Positions 1-9,892 of a stretch of DNA of 64,000 nucleotides are shown piece by piece (position 1 is the stretch's first letter; each line of letters opens with the position of its first letter). A model generated the notes under the pieces. The model did no database searches. It saw only the letters and a list, made by a program, of their open reading frames with translations, and had not been told where the DNA came from. This DNA comes from Flavobacteriaceae bacterium (GTDB lineage: Bacteria; Bacteroidota; Bacteroidia; Flavobacteriales; Flavobacteriaceae): contig JBELHR010000005.1 in NCBI GenBank assembly GCA_042091275.1, forward strand, positions 6,694 to 70,693. The letters are read 5' to 3'. Both the position numbers and the translations under genes were made by a program.

Positions 1-180
1 TTCATTATTAGTTCTATCTATTTTTAGATACATTTGTTGCACGTTCGAAACAATAGTGCCTTTAGTAAATTTAAAGAAATATTTACAACATACAAAGTAT
101 TGAACTCAGTTTGAAAAACAAAGTTTACTATTTGAGGACTCAAAAAAATTAATCACATTGGCAATCAATCCTTTAAATTG

Positions 181-1011
181 ATGGAAAAAAACAGGAATGA
201 AATGTCTTTTTTAGGGCATCTAGAAGAACTGCGTTGGCATCTGGTTAGATCCTTCGCAGCAATTTTTATTTTTTCGATAGTTTTATTTGTTTTCCAAAAG
301 CAAGTCTACGACTACTTCTTGTTGGCCCATCTCAAACCAGATTTTATAACCTATACATGGTTTTGCAATGCCTTTGGTGCCATAGGAATAGAAAGTAGCT
401 TTTGTACCGTTGACTTTCCGCAAAAACTTCAGAGTTTATCTTTGACCAACCAATTGATGAATTCCCTTTGGACATCTGCTATTTTGGGATTAATACTAGC
501 TTTTCCCTATATCGTTTATGAGATTTGGAAATTTATCAGCCCAGGACTGCACGAGGTAGAACGAAAGAGCTCTAGAGGATTTATTTTTATCACCTCTCTT
601 TTATTTTTTGTAGGAGTTCTCTTTAGCTATTACATCATTTGTCCGATGTCTGTCTATTTTTTCTACAATTATCAGATTACGGATTTGATCGTAAATAATT
701 TTCAATTTGAATCCTATATCTCAATAATAACAAATGCCTTACTAGGGGTTTCCTTGGTTTTTGAATTGCCAGTTATCATCTACTTTTTGTCCAAGGCAGG
801 GCTGGTGACCCCAGAATTCTTAAAAACCTATAGAAAACACTCTTTTGTAGCTGTTTTGATTTTGTCTGCAATAATTACACCCCCAGATATCGCGAGTCAG
901 ATAATCGTATCCATTCCAGTGATGTTCTTGTATGAAATAGGTATTTATATCTCTCGTAGAGTCGAGAAAAAACGTTTAAAAAAAGAAAATAAAGTTAAAA
1001 ATGTCAAATAA
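181..1011 (+). CDS. tatC: Twin-arginine translocase subunit TatC
   Basis: Multi-TM ORF. N-terminal MSFLGHLEELRWHLVRS matches the conserved TatC HLxELRxR block. The ATG at 181 is preferred over the in-frame TTG at 178. Confidence 0.9.
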   Translation: MEKNRNEMSFLGHLEELRWHLVRSFAAIFIFSIVLFVFQKQVYDYFLLAHLKPDFITYTWFCNAFGAIGIESSFCTVDFPQKLQSLSLTNQLMNSLWTSAILGLILAFPYIVYEIWKFISPGLHEVERKSSRGFIFITSLLFFVGVLFSYYIICPMSVYFFYNYQITDLIVNNFQFESYISIITNALLGVSLVFELPVIIYFLSKAGLVTPEFLKTYRKHSFVAVLILSAIITPPDIASQIIVSIPVMFLYEIGIYISRRVEKKRLKKENKVKNVK

Positions 1012-1348
1012 AGTAGAAGCCTTTGATCAGTATAGAGAAGAGATGAATGCTAAGATATTGGCCAATGACAACAAAGTCATCAAGCGAATATTTAATCTCG
1101 ATACCAATGCCTTTAAACCAGGGCATTTAGATGGCAAAACAAAAGAGTTATTGGGACTTGTTGCCTCTGCAGTATTGCGCTGTGACGATTGTGTGGCATA
1201 TCATTTAAAAACTAGCTTTGAATTGGGAGTATCCAAAGAGGAGGTTATGGAAACCTTATCCATTGCAACTCTGATAGGAGGAACAATCGTAATTCCACAT
1301 TTGAGACGTGCTCACGAATTCTGGGAATCTCTTGAACAGCAAAACTAA
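1001..1348 (+). CDS. Carboxymuconolactone decarboxylase (AhpD-like) family protein
   Basis: 115 aa with an AhpD-type CxxC ([10 protein letters not shown]). Start overlaps the tatC stop by 11 nt. Confidence 0.8.
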   Translation: MSNKVEAFDQYREEMNAKILANDNKVIKRIFNLDTNAFKPGHLDGKTKELLGLVASAVLRCDDCVAYHLKTSFELGVSKEEVMETLSIATLIGGTIVIPHLRRAHEFWESLEQQN

Positions 1349-1365
1349 ATTCGTATTTTAGACCT

Positions 1366-2103
1366 ATGATTTTACGAGCAGAAAACTTACAGAAACTTTA
1401 CGGAAGTAGAAAAGTAGTTAAAGGGATATCTCTAGAGGTAGAACAAGGAGAGATTGTTGGGCTGCTGGGACCAAATGGTGCTGGGAAGACAACTTCTTTT
1501 TATATGATTGTCGGAATGGTACAACCGAACTTTGGAAGTATTTATTTGGACGACAAACCTATCACTAAATTCCCGATGTATAGGCGCGCTCAAAACGGTA
1601 TTGGATATCTCGCTCAAGAAGCATCTGTATTTAGAAAACTAAGTGTAGAGGACAATATTTTAGCGGTTTTACAATTTACCAATAGAACCAAACAAGAACA
1701 ACGCGATAAGCTCGAGTCTCTTATTGACGAGTTTAGCCTTGGTCACGTTAGAAAAAACAGAGGGGATTTATTATCTGGAGGAGAACGAAGAAGGACCGAG
1801 ATCGCTAGATGTTTAGCCTCTGATCCAAAATTCATTCTTTTGGACGAGCCTTTTGCAGGAGTTGATCCAATCGCAGTGGAAGATATACAAAGTATTGTTG
1901 CTCATCTAAAAGATCGCAATATTGGTATCTTAATCACAGACCACAATGTACAGGAAACTTTGGCTATTACAGACCGAACCTATCTCATGTTCGAAGGTAG
2001 TATTTTAAAAGAGGGAACACCTGAGGAATTGGCAAAAGACGAAACCGTCCGAAGAGTTTATTTAGGAGAGAGTTTCGAGCTTAAAAAAAATAGATTTAAG
2101 TAA
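1366..2103 (+). CDS. lptB: LPS export ABC transporter ATP-binding protein LptB
   Basis: Walker [10 protein letters not shown], signature LSGGERRR, Walker [13 protein letters not shown]-terminal VYLGESFEL as in LptB. Confidence 0.9.
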   Translation: MILRAENLQKLYGSRKVVKGISLEVEQGEIVGLLGPNGAGKTTSFYMIVGMVQPNFGSIYLDDKPITKFPMYRRAQNGIGYLAQEASVFRKLSVEDNILAVLQFTNRTKQEQRDKLESLIDEFSLGHVRKNRGDLLSGGERRRTEIARCLASDPKFILLDEPFAGVDPIAVEDIQSIVAHLKDRNIGILITDHNVQETLAITDRTYLMFEGSILKEGTPEELAKDETVRRVYLGESFELKKNRFK

Positions 2104-2839
2104 GATTCAAGGTATTCTTCACTAACGAATAGGTAATATAAAACAGAATTACAAAGCTTATTGCCGCTAATTTCAAAGAGATTAAAAGTAGTGAGCAAGC
2201 TATTAAAAACAGATATACTGAACTGTTGTTTTTCCAAGAATAGTCTTTGAATTTAAGTGCAAACATGGGTAAACTACTGTTTAAAAGAGAACAACCCAAG
2301 ACTCCAATTCCGACAATAAACCACAACTCATTTCCAATATTTGACACACCTAAATAGGAAGATGCCTCTTGCAGAAAAACCACACCTCCTATCAACAGAG
2401 CGTTGGCAGGAGTTGGAAGACCTATAAAGGAATTCGACTGTTCTGTATCGATATTAAATTTCGCCAATCTATAAGCCGAACAAAGAGGACAAATAAATGC
2501 CAAAAAAGGCAAAGCTATGAGCTCCACATCTCCTAAACTGGTCCAATTCGAGTTTGTTGTAAAAAAATCATATCCCAAATTGATACTTATCAATTGAAAC
2601 CATATAATCCCAGGAGCAACCCCAGAGGTAACCATATCTGCCAAGGAATCTAACTGCTTACCTAGTTCGCCCTCAACTTTGAGCAAACGAGCGGCAAACC
2701 CATCAAAAAAGTCACAAAAAATACCTGCCATAATTGCATAGACCGCGAGGTCTAATTGACGAATAACAGCTAAAAAAATGGCCAATAAGCCAAAAGTTAA
2801 ATTGAGTAGGGTCAGGATATTCGGAATGTGTTTTTTCAA
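2096..2839 (-). CDS. pssA: CDP-diacylglycerol--serine O-phosphatidyltransferase (CDP-alcohol phosphatidyltransferase family)
   Basis: Multi-TM, 247 aa. CDP-alcohol motif [23 protein letters not shown]. Apparent TTG start. Convergent 8-nt overlap with lptB. Confidence 0.8.
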   Translation of the reverse strand: MKKHIPNILTLLNLTFGLLAIFLAVIRQLDLAVYAIMAGIFCDFFDGFAARLLKVEGELGKQLDSLADMVTSGVAPGIIWFQLISINLGYDFFTTNSNWTSLGDVELIALPFLAFICPLCSAYRLAKFNIDTEQSNSFIGLPTPANALLIGGVVFLQEASSYLGVSNIGNELWFIVGIGVLGCSLLNSSLPMFALKFKDYSWKNNSSVYLFLIACSLLLISLKLAAISFVILFYITYSLVKNTLNLT

Positions 2840-2924
2840 ATCTCTTTGTTTAGATTATAAAATTAAGGAATTACAAATTGATATCAGATTTGTTTTATAT
2901 TTAAACTCGCTAATTTCCCATCAA

Positions 2925-4091
2925 ATGAAAGCCATTATTACTTTTATATTCTTTGTAAATTTTATTTTCTCCCCATTTCTATCTCATTCTCAAGAGATTA
3001 GTGAAAAGGCAAAACTATCTGTAATAACATGTGGACCAGGCGGGGAACTCTATTCAAGTTTTGGGCACTCGGCTATTCGCCTAAAAGACCCTACAAATAA
3101 CCGTGATATTGTATTTAACTACGGGACATTTGATTATCAGACACCTGGGTTTTATATGAAATTCATAAGAGGTAAACTCCCTTACGCCCTCAGTAAGCAA
3201 AGGTTTTCAAGCTTCTATCGCAACTATCAAATGGAGGATCGATGGATTAAAGAACAGGAACTAAATCTCAGTGATAAAGAGCGTCAAAAATTAGTTCAGT
3301 TTTTATCCAATAACGCAAAACCGGAAAACCGACTATATTTCTATGATTTTTTCAAAGACAATTGTGCGACAAAAATAGCTGATGTTCTCAATGAAAATTT
3401 AGAAATCCTGCCACAATACAATTTTGACTTTTTCGAAGAGAAATGGACCTACAGAGACTTGCTACATCAATATCTTGGAGATAAAGCCTGGGCCAAGTTT
3501 GGAATTGATCTAGCCCTAGGATCTTTGATTGACCGAAAATTAAGACCCAAAGACTACCAGTTTTTACCCGATTACCTAATGGCCTCTTTAAATGGTATGC
3601 GCGAGAACGAGAAAGTTATTAGCTCTAATGCCAAAGACCTGTGGAAATCGAGGCTAAAACCAAAACAAACTTATTCTATGAGCAACCCAATTATTGTATT
3701 TTGGGGCTTGTTATTTCTCGCTATCGTATTGACTATAAATGATTTTAGAAAAGAAAAGATTCATCGACTCTTTGATCGTATTCTATTTTTATTGGCTGGT
3801 TTAACAGGTTGTGTTCTACTATTTTTATGGTTTGGAACCGATCACTACGCAACAAAAACTAACTTGAATATTTTAGTTCTATCTCCAATATTCCTGCTTT
3901 TGCTATCGAATAAAAGGAAATATCGCCTCCTGAGTATCTATTTGCTATCTACTCTTGTAATCGCCGTATTTAGCGATATTTTTGACGTTCAAAAATTACC
4001 GGACGGCTTCTTTTTGTTGATCGCTACCCTTAGCTTGAGAATCGCTTATCGCTATTATTTTTTAAGCAAACTAGAAAGAGCCAAGTCGTAA
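2925..4091 (+). CDS. DUF4105 (Lnb-like N-terminal periplasmic domain) membrane protein
   Basis: The ATG at 2925 gives the signal peptide MKAIITFIFFVNFIFSPFLSHSQ. A soluble domain (GHSAIRL, FNYGTFDY) is followed by about 5 C-terminal TM helices. The 49-codon upstream extension in the ORF track overlaps the pssA start and is probably spurious. Confidence 0.7.
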   Translation: MKAIITFIFFVNFIFSPFLSHSQEISEKAKLSVITCGPGGELYSSFGHSAIRLKDPTNNRDIVFNYGTFDYQTPGFYMKFIRGKLPYALSKQRFSSFYRNYQMEDRWIKEQELNLSDKERQKLVQFLSNNAKPENRLYFYDFFKDNCATKIADVLNENLEILPQYNFDFFEEKWTYRDLLHQYLGDKAWAKFGIDLALGSLIDRKLRPKDYQFLPDYLMASLNGMRENEKVISSNAKDLWKSRLKPKQTYSMSNPIIVFWGLLFLAIVLTINDFRKEKIHRLFDRILFLLAGLTGCVLLFLWFGTDHYATKTNLNILVLSPIFLLLLSNKRKYRLLSIYLLSTLVIAVFSDIFDVQKLPDGFFLLIATLSLRIAYRYYFLSKLERAKS

Positions 4092-4477
4092 CCCTTCAAA
4101 CCAAAACCAGAGATAGTTCCAGAGCAAACAGGAGATAAAAACGATTCCCTCCTAAACGCTTCTCGAGCATGGACATTAGAGATGTGAATTTCAACCACTG
4201 GTATGGAAATAGATTTGATCGCATCCGCTAAAGCTATGGAGGTATGTGTATATGCACCTGCATTAAAAACAATACCATCAAAACCCAAATCACTATACTT
4301 TTGCAAACAGTCAATCAGTTCTCCTTCGTGATTGGACTGAAAATAATCCAATTTCACCTGAGAAAATTCTGTACTCAACTGCTTGAAGTAGGATTCAAAG
4401 TTTTGACTCCCATAAATCTCAGGCTCTCTTTTACCCAAAAAATTGAGATTCGGTCCGTTTAAAATTAGTATTTGCAT
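4055..4477 (-). CDS. aroQ: Type II 3-dehydroquinate dehydratase
   Basis: MQILILNGPNLNFLGKREPEIYG and HISNVHAREAFR are classic AroQ blocks. ATG at 4477 chosen (M7 of the ORF). Confidence 0.9.
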   Translation of the reverse strand: MQILILNGPNLNFLGKREPEIYGSQNFESYFKQLSTEFSQVKLDYFQSNHEGELIDCLQKYSDLGFDGIVFNAGAYTHTSIALADAIKSISIPVVEIHISNVHAREAFRRESFLSPVCSGTISGFGLKGYDLALSSLLKK

Positions 4478-4512
4478 GCGGTTTGTTTTAAACAAATATA
4501 TAAATTTAGCAT

Positions 4513-5403
4513 ATGAAATGGATGCAAACCTTTAAATCCTTTGAAAACTACTTAAGCCTGGAAAAAGGATCTAGTAATCATACGGTTAGAGCCTATTTGA
4601 GCGATTTAAAATCCTTTAGTGAATACTATACTGAGAAAGACCCTACTCGTATCAAAAAAGCCGATATTCAGGCCTATCTATATGAAATAGCGGAATATTT
4701 AGAACCAAAAACTCGTGCGAGGAAACTATCTTCGATACGGCATTTTTACGATTTTTTGATCTCCGATCACTTTATAGAATCCAACCCAAGCTTTGGAATA
4801 GAGAGTCCAAAATTTTCGAAAAAACTACCAGATACCCTGTCTTTTGAAGAAATCGAACAAATTATAGAGTCCTTTGATCTCTCTCAGCCCCTATCCTACA
4901 GAAACAAAGCAATCTTAGAAACCTTATACGGTTGTGGTCTTCGAGTGAGTGAATTGACTAATCTCAAAATATCCGATCTGTATTTTAAGGAAGAAATGAT
5001 TAAAGTAACTGGAAAAGGCAATAAACAGCGTCTTATTCCAATATCGAAATACACCATAGATTGTATTAATAAATATCTGAATCTAGAGAGAGAAAATGGA
5101 AAAATTCAATTGCCTTTTAGAGACCATGTCTTTTTGAATCGCCGCGGAAATGCACTGTCCAGGGTCATGGTGTTTAATATCGTCAAGAAACAATGTTCTC
5201 TTGTTGGTATCAAAAAAAATGTTTCTCCCCACACCTTTAGACACTCCTTCGCCAGTCATTTATTGGCTCGTGGAGCAGATCTTTTATCCATTCAATTATT
5301 GTTGGGTCATGAAAATTTGACAACCACGGAAATATACCTGCATTTGGACAAATCAAAGATCAAAGATATTTTAGAAGAATATCATCCAAGAGCCAAAAAT
5401 TAA
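4513..5403 (+). CDS. xerD: Site-specific tyrosine recombinase XerD
   Basis: 296 aa. C-terminal catalytic region HTFRHSFASHLLARGADLLSIQLLLGHENLTTTEIYLH (R-H-R-Y family). Confidence 0.85.
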   Translation: MKWMQTFKSFENYLSLEKGSSNHTVRAYLSDLKSFSEYYTEKDPTRIKKADIQAYLYEIAEYLEPKTRARKLSSIRHFYDFLISDHFIESNPSFGIESPKFSKKLPDTLSFEEIEQIIESFDLSQPLSYRNKAILETLYGCGLRVSELTNLKISDLYFKEEMIKVTGKGNKQRLIPISKYTIDCINKYLNLERENGKIQLPFRDHVFLNRRGNALSRVMVFNIVKKQCSLVGIKKNVSPHTFRHSFASHLLARGADLLSIQLLLGHENLTTTEIYLHLDKSKIKDILEEYHPRAKN

Positions 5404-5419
5404 TATCTTGTCGCTTCGT

Positions 5420-6709
5420 ATGAAAAAAATTGGTTTTTGGTCCGCTATAGCCTTGGTTATCGGAAATATGATTGGGAGCGGTGTATTTTTGTTACCCACT
5501 ACCTTAGCGCCTTACGGCAAATACGCTTATCTAGCTTGGACCTTTGCAGCAATCGGTGCTGTACTCCTAGCATTAGTTTTTGGAGAATTAGCAAATCTTG
5601 CTCCAAAAGCCAAAGCAGGCCCATATGGCTATAGTAAAATGGGATTGGGTCGTTTCCCAGGATTTTTAGTAGCATGGGGATATTGGATCAGTATTTGGTG
5701 TACTAATGCCGCTATAGCAGTGGCTTTGGTAGGATATCTCGAAGTGTTTTTTCCAATTTTAGGAAGTGATAAGTTAGCATCCATAAGTGTTGGCTTGTTC
5801 GCTATTTGGTCCTTGACCTATTTAAATACAAAAAGCATTCAGGCAGTCGCCTTTTTTCAAATAATTACAACTGTATTAAAATTGAGCCCAGTCCTACTCT
5901 TAGGTGTGGTAGGTATCTTTTATTTTAAAGGAGAACACACACTCTACGAACCGGAGATTGTCGGGACCTCCTGGAGACTTATAACCGATGCTACTTGTCT
6001 TACGTTTTTCGCTTTTTTGGGAATGGAGAGTGCGTCTGTGGCGAGTAATCAAACCCACAATGCAAAATCTACGGTCAAAAAAGCAACGATTTGGGGCACC
6101 TTGATTACCGGATTGGCTTATCTTTTGAGCTATGTTGTTATCGCTCAATCCATACCGCCAGAGGAATTAATCCATTCAACAGCTCCCTTTGCAGATACTG
6201 CCGGAGCTTTGTGGGGAGAGACCGCGCGATATATTGTTGCAGGTGGTGCTGTGATTGCAACCTTAGGAGCCTTAAACGGTTGGCTACTTATTCAAGGACA
6301 AGTTCCACTAGCCGCTGCTCAAGACAAATTATTTCCTAAGATCTTTGAAAAGACAAACAAACATACCGCACCTTATATAGGGATGATTCTCTCTAGTCTC
6401 CTGGTCTCAGGATTAATGCTTTTGAACTACTCCAAAAGTTTAGTCCAGGCATTTACCTTTATGATGAAACTCTCCACTTTGAGTGTTTTAACGCCCTATC
6501 TTTTTTCCTCTGCCGTGCTTGCTCTGCTAGCATATCGAAAAAACTTAAAAAATAAAAAACGTATTATATCACTGAGTTGCGCCGCATTTATATTCTCTAT
6601 TTGGATGGTGATTGGTTCCGGTCAGGAAATCGTCTTTTGGGGATTTTTATTATTGATGGTGGGCTTACCAGTTTATATATATTTAGAAAAAGACAACGAT
6701 TATGAATAG
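5420..6709 (+). CDS. Amino acid permease (APC superfamily)
   Basis: About 12 TM segments. N-terminal IGNMIGSGVFLLP motif typical of APC transporters. ATG at 5420 preferred over TTG at 5408. Confidence 0.85.
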   Translation: MKKIGFWSAIALVIGNMIGSGVFLLPTTLAPYGKYAYLAWTFAAIGAVLLALVFGELANLAPKAKAGPYGYSKMGLGRFPGFLVAWGYWISIWCTNAAIAVALVGYLEVFFPILGSDKLASISVGLFAIWSLTYLNTKSIQAVAFFQIITTVLKLSPVLLLGVVGIFYFKGEHTLYEPEIVGTSWRLITDATCLTFFAFLGMESASVASNQTHNAKSTVKKATIWGTLITGLAYLLSYVVIAQSIPPEELIHSTAPFADTAGALWGETARYIVAGGAVIATLGALNGWLLIQGQVPLAAAQDKLFPKIFEKTNKHTAPYIGMILSSLLVSGLMLLNYSKSLVQAFTFMMKLSTLSVLTPYLFSSAVLALLAYRKNLKNKKRIISLSCAAFIFSIWMVIGSGQEIVFWGFLLLMVGLPVYIYLEKDNDYE

Positions 6710-7787
6710 ATATTTTATCGATCCAGACATCTGTAAAGCGGAAACCTTACCCGCTTCATTTTATAGAGATCCTGAGGTTTTTAATTACCTAAAGGAGCAA
6801 CTATTTGCCAGGGCATTTCACTATATCGGTGACCAAAGAGAACTTATAAATCAGTCTCAAAACACATTCCCAATATCCCTCTATCCCGGGTATTTGGACG
6901 AATCTCTAGTTTTGGTAAAACAAAAAGACGATAGCTTGAAGTTACTATCCAATGTTTGCACCCACAGAGCCAATATAATTGTTCACCATCCGGAGAAATC
7001 CAGAAAACTTCAATGTCAGTATCACGGGAGGCAGTTTAAACTCGATGGTACAATGGACAGAATGCCTGAGTTTGAACAGGCAGAAAACTTTCCTAGGGAT
7101 TGCGATCATTTGCATCGGTTCGATTTAAAGAAAATTGGAAATATACTATTTGCAGGCTTGGGAAATCAAGTACCCTTCCAAGGAGTAATTGATCAAATAA
7201 TGGAGCGCATGTATTTTCTTCCTCTCGACGAATTTAAAATTGATAAAAAGCTTTCTAAGGACTATTTGGTCAACTGCCATTGGGCCCTGTATTGCGATAA
7301 TTATCTCGAAGGTTTTCACATACCATTTGTTCACGAAGATTTAAATGAGGCTTTGGATTACGGATCGTATGAAACCGTGCTGTATGATTATATGAATCTT
7401 CAAATCGGATATGCAGACGGAGCTGAAGAGGTTTTTGATTTACCTAAAGATCATCCCGACAGCGGTAAAAAGGTTGCGGCTTACTATTATTGGCTATTTC
7501 CTAATACCATGCTAAACTTCTATCCTTGGGGATTATCCGTAAATATCATCAAACCCATAAGCCCAGATAAGACCAAGGTCAGTTTTATCTCTTATGTTTG
7601 GGACGAATCCAAGCTTCAAGGAGGTGCTGGAGCACTTTTAGATAAAGTGGAAAGGGAGGATGAATTTGTGGTCGAAGGAGTGCACAAGGGACTAAAATCC
7701 AACCACTACACTACAGGGAGATTCAGCCCGACAAGAGAGAAGGGAGTACATCATTTTCACAGATTGTTATCGGAACTATTCAAATAA
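6702..7787 (+). CDS. Rieske [2Fe-2S] non-heme iron oxygenase alpha subunit (choline-monooxygenase-like family)
   Basis: Rieske motif CTHRANIIV...CQYHGRQF. Mononuclear iron motif DNYLEGFHIPFVH. Start overlaps the permease stop by 8 nt. Confidence 0.85.
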   Translation: MNRYFIDPDICKAETLPASFYRDPEVFNYLKEQLFARAFHYIGDQRELINQSQNTFPISLYPGYLDESLVLVKQKDDSLKLLSNVCTHRANIIVHHPEKSRKLQCQYHGRQFKLDGTMDRMPEFEQAENFPRDCDHLHRFDLKKIGNILFAGLGNQVPFQGVIDQIMERMYFLPLDEFKIDKKLSKDYLVNCHWALYCDNYLEGFHIPFVHEDLNEALDYGSYETVLYDYMNLQIGYADGAEEVFDLPKDHPDSGKKVAAYYYWLFPNTMLNFYPWGLSVNIIKPISPDKTKVSFISYVWDESKLQGGAGALLDKVEREDEFVVEGVHKGLKSNHYTTGRFSPTREKGVHHFHRLLSELFK

Positions 7788-7818
7788 AAAAAACCAGCCA
7801 AAAGGCTGGTTTTTTTTA
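7788..7818. terminator. Bidirectional intrinsic terminator between the Rieske gene and rny
   Basis: Hairpin ACCAGCC-AAAA-GGCTGGT (7793-7810) with an A-run upstream and a T8 run downstream. Confidence 0.75.
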
Positions 7819-7835
7819 TTGTTTAATTCTCCCTA

Positions 7836-9395
7836 TTATTTGGCAATATTCACCGCACGGGTCTCACGAATTACGGTCACCTTAACCTGTCCAGGATAAG
7901 TCATATCGTTTTGAATCTTTTGCGATATTCCAAAAGATAGCTCCGAAGCCTTTTGATCATTTACCTTTGAACTTTCTACAACTACTCTCAACTCACGACC
8001 TGCTTGAATCGCATAAGCTTTCTGCACACCGTTAAATTTAAAAGCAATTTCCTCCAAGTCTTTCAATCTCTGCATATAGGAATCCAGAACTTGTCTACGA
8101 GCACCTGGTCTCGCTCCTGATATAGCATCACAAACTTGGACAATTGGAGAAATCATCGATTTCATCTCAATCTCGTCATGGTGGGCTCCAATGGCATTAC
8201 AGACATCCGGTTTCTCTCCGTATTTCTCTGCCCACTGCATTCCTAATAATGCATGCGGAAGTTCACTCTCTTGATCTGGCACTTTACCTATATCGTGAAG
8301 CAGTCCAGCTCTTTTTGCTACTTTTGCGTTAAGACCGAGCTCTGCAGCCATTATTCCACACAAATTTGCTACTTCTCTGGAGTGCTGCAATAAGTTTTGT
8401 CCATAAGAAGATCTGTATTTCATTCTTCCAACAGTCTTGATCAATTCTGGATGTAAACCGTGAATTCCCAAATCAATAACCGTTCTTTTACCGACTTCTA
8501 CTATTTCTTGACCGATTTGTTTTTCGGTCTTTTTTACCACTTCCTCAATACGAGCAGGGTGGATTCGTCCATCGTTCACTAAATTGTGAAGCGAAAGTCT
8601 CGCAATTTCACGTCTCACTGGATCGAAACAAGACAAAATAATTGCCTCTGGCGTATCATCTACAATAATCTCAACTCCCGTAGCGGCTTCTAATGCTCGA
8701 ATATTACGTCCCTCTCTACCAATGATACGTCCTTTGACGTCATCGCTTTCTAGATTAAATACAGACACGCAATTTTCAACCGTTTGCTCAACACCTACTC
8801 TTTGAATCGTATTTAAAATAACTTTTGTAGCATCCTGCTGAGCCGTAAGCTTCGCCTCTTCCATCGTATTTTGAATAAAGGACATGGCATCCGACTTGGC
8901 TTCGTCCTTTAAACTTGAAATCAATTCGATTTTAGCATCCTCTGCCGACAAGCCCGATAGAGCCTCTAATTGTTCAATTTGACGTTTTTGAATGGCGTTT
9001 AATTCCGATTCTTTATTTTCAACTTGCTCTAGCTTAGAAGTATAACTTTCGGTTTGACGCTCTAAGTCTTTATTTAGTTTTCGATTTTTGTCTAGTTCTA
9101 AGCTTACTTTGGACTCCTTTTCTCGAGTTCGTTTTTCAGCCTCTTCAATCTTTTTATCTCTAGCGAGAATTACCTTTTCATGTTCGGATTTCAATTCGAT
9201 AAACTTCTCCTTTGCCTGAAGCATTTTATCCTTTCTTATTTGATCTCCTTTTTGCTTTGCCTCTTCTATCTTTTTTCGAGCTCCTGCGCGGGCCTGCTTC
9301 ATAATTCCAGAAGCTTTTTTAACTTCTAGAAACTTTGCTATTCCAAAACCCACAGCGAGTGCTACGAGTCCTACTACTAAATATATCACATCCAT
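7836..9395 (-). CDS. rny: Ribonuclease Y
   Basis: N-terminal TM ([22 protein letters not shown]), long coiled coil, KH domain ([15 protein letters not shown]), HD domain (LLHDIGK). ATG at 9395 chosen (M34 of the ORF). Confidence 0.9.
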   Translation of the reverse strand: MDVIYLVVGLVALAVGFGIAKFLEVKKASGIMKQARAGARKKIEEAKQKGDQIRKDKMLQAKEKFIELKSEHEKVILARDKKIEEAEKRTREKESKVSLELDKNRKLNKDLERQTESYTSKLEQVENKESELNAIQKRQIEQLEALSGLSAEDAKIELISSLKDEAKSDAMSFIQNTMEEAKLTAQQDATKVILNTIQRVGVEQTVENCVSVFNLESDDVKGRIIGREGRNIRALEAATGVEIIVDDTPEAIILSCFDPVRREIARLSLHNLVNDGRIHPARIEEVVKKTEKQIGQEIVEVGKRTVIDLGIHGLHPELIKTVGRMKYRSSYGQNLLQHSREVANLCGIMAAELGLNAKVAKRAGLLHDIGKVPDQESELPHALLGMQWAEKYGEKPDVCNAIGAHHDEIEMKSMISPIVQVCDAISGARPGARRQVLDSYMQRLKDLEEIAFKFNGVQKAYAIQAGRELRVVVESSKVNDQKASELSFGISQKIQNDMTYPGQVKVTVIRETRAVNIAK

Positions 9396-9412
9396 CTTTT
9401 TCAATTTTATGT

Positions 9413-9577
9413 AAAAAAAAAGCCTACATCGGTGGAATTGAAATAAACTCCAAAAAAACAAGTTTAGGACTAACTCAATGATCAAGGATCCCATCTAGTG
9501 GGCTTGCTTTTACATTGAAGACTCATCCTTTATAAAAATATAATGTTGAGTTTATCAAATTGTTTACCGATGTAGGC
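9413..9577 (-). ncRNA. Candidate structured RNA (6S-like sRNA or rny leader/attenuator)
   Basis: A perfect 12-bp helix (9577-9566 pairs with 9433-9422) closes about 130 nt of further imperfect pairing. A U9 run follows directly (9421-9413), 17 nt before the rny ATG. No homology search was possible. Confidence 0.3.
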
Positions 9578-9601
9578 AGTACCTATTGTATTTTAAAGAA
9601 C

Positions 9602-9892
9602 TTATTCTAAATGTTTATCCAAAAGACTGTGGAGAGATTTTAATTTGTCTTCGACTCGTTGGTCCTCTCCATTATTTTTCAGATTCATTATTTCTATTTG
9701 AGAAGCAAACTGCAATGCGCACATGGCTAAAACATCTTGTTTGTCATTCACTGCGTAATTATCTTCGTATTCAGAGAGCAAATTATTAATTTTCAATGCC
9801 GCCTTTCGAATACCTTCTTCTTCAGAAGTTTCTTTGATACGGATTGGATAGGTTCGCCCACCAATAACAACGTTAATTTTTAAATCTTGCAT
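9602..9892 (-). CDS. zapA: Cell division protein ZapA
   Basis: 96 aa. MQDLKINVVIGGRTYPIRI... followed by a helical C-terminus, matching the ZapA fold pattern. Confidence 0.75.
   Translation of the reverse strand: MQDLKINVVIGGRTYPIRIKETSEEEGIRKAALKINNLLSEYEDNYAVNDKQDVLAMCALQFASQIEIMNLKNNGEDQRVEDKLKSLHSLLDKHLE

Noticed and set aside
1-33. Minus-strand ATG at 33 opening a frame that runs off the left edge.
   Set aside because: Only 11 codons are visible, which is too short to support any call.
2778-2924. 49-codon N-terminal extension of the DUF4105 ORF.
   Set aside because: It overlaps the pssA start on the opposite strand. The internal ATG at 2925 gives a canonical signal peptide.
4513-5403. 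Tyrosine recombinase as the integrase of a mobile element.
   Set aside because: The size and C-terminal motifs fit chromosomal XerD. It is flanked by aroQ and a permease, with no attachment-site repeats or cargo genes.
9396-9494. 33-codon N-terminal extension of the rny ORF.
   Set aside because: The ATG at 9395 gives the typical RNase Y N-terminal TM helix. The extension runs through the U-run and helix of the structured element.
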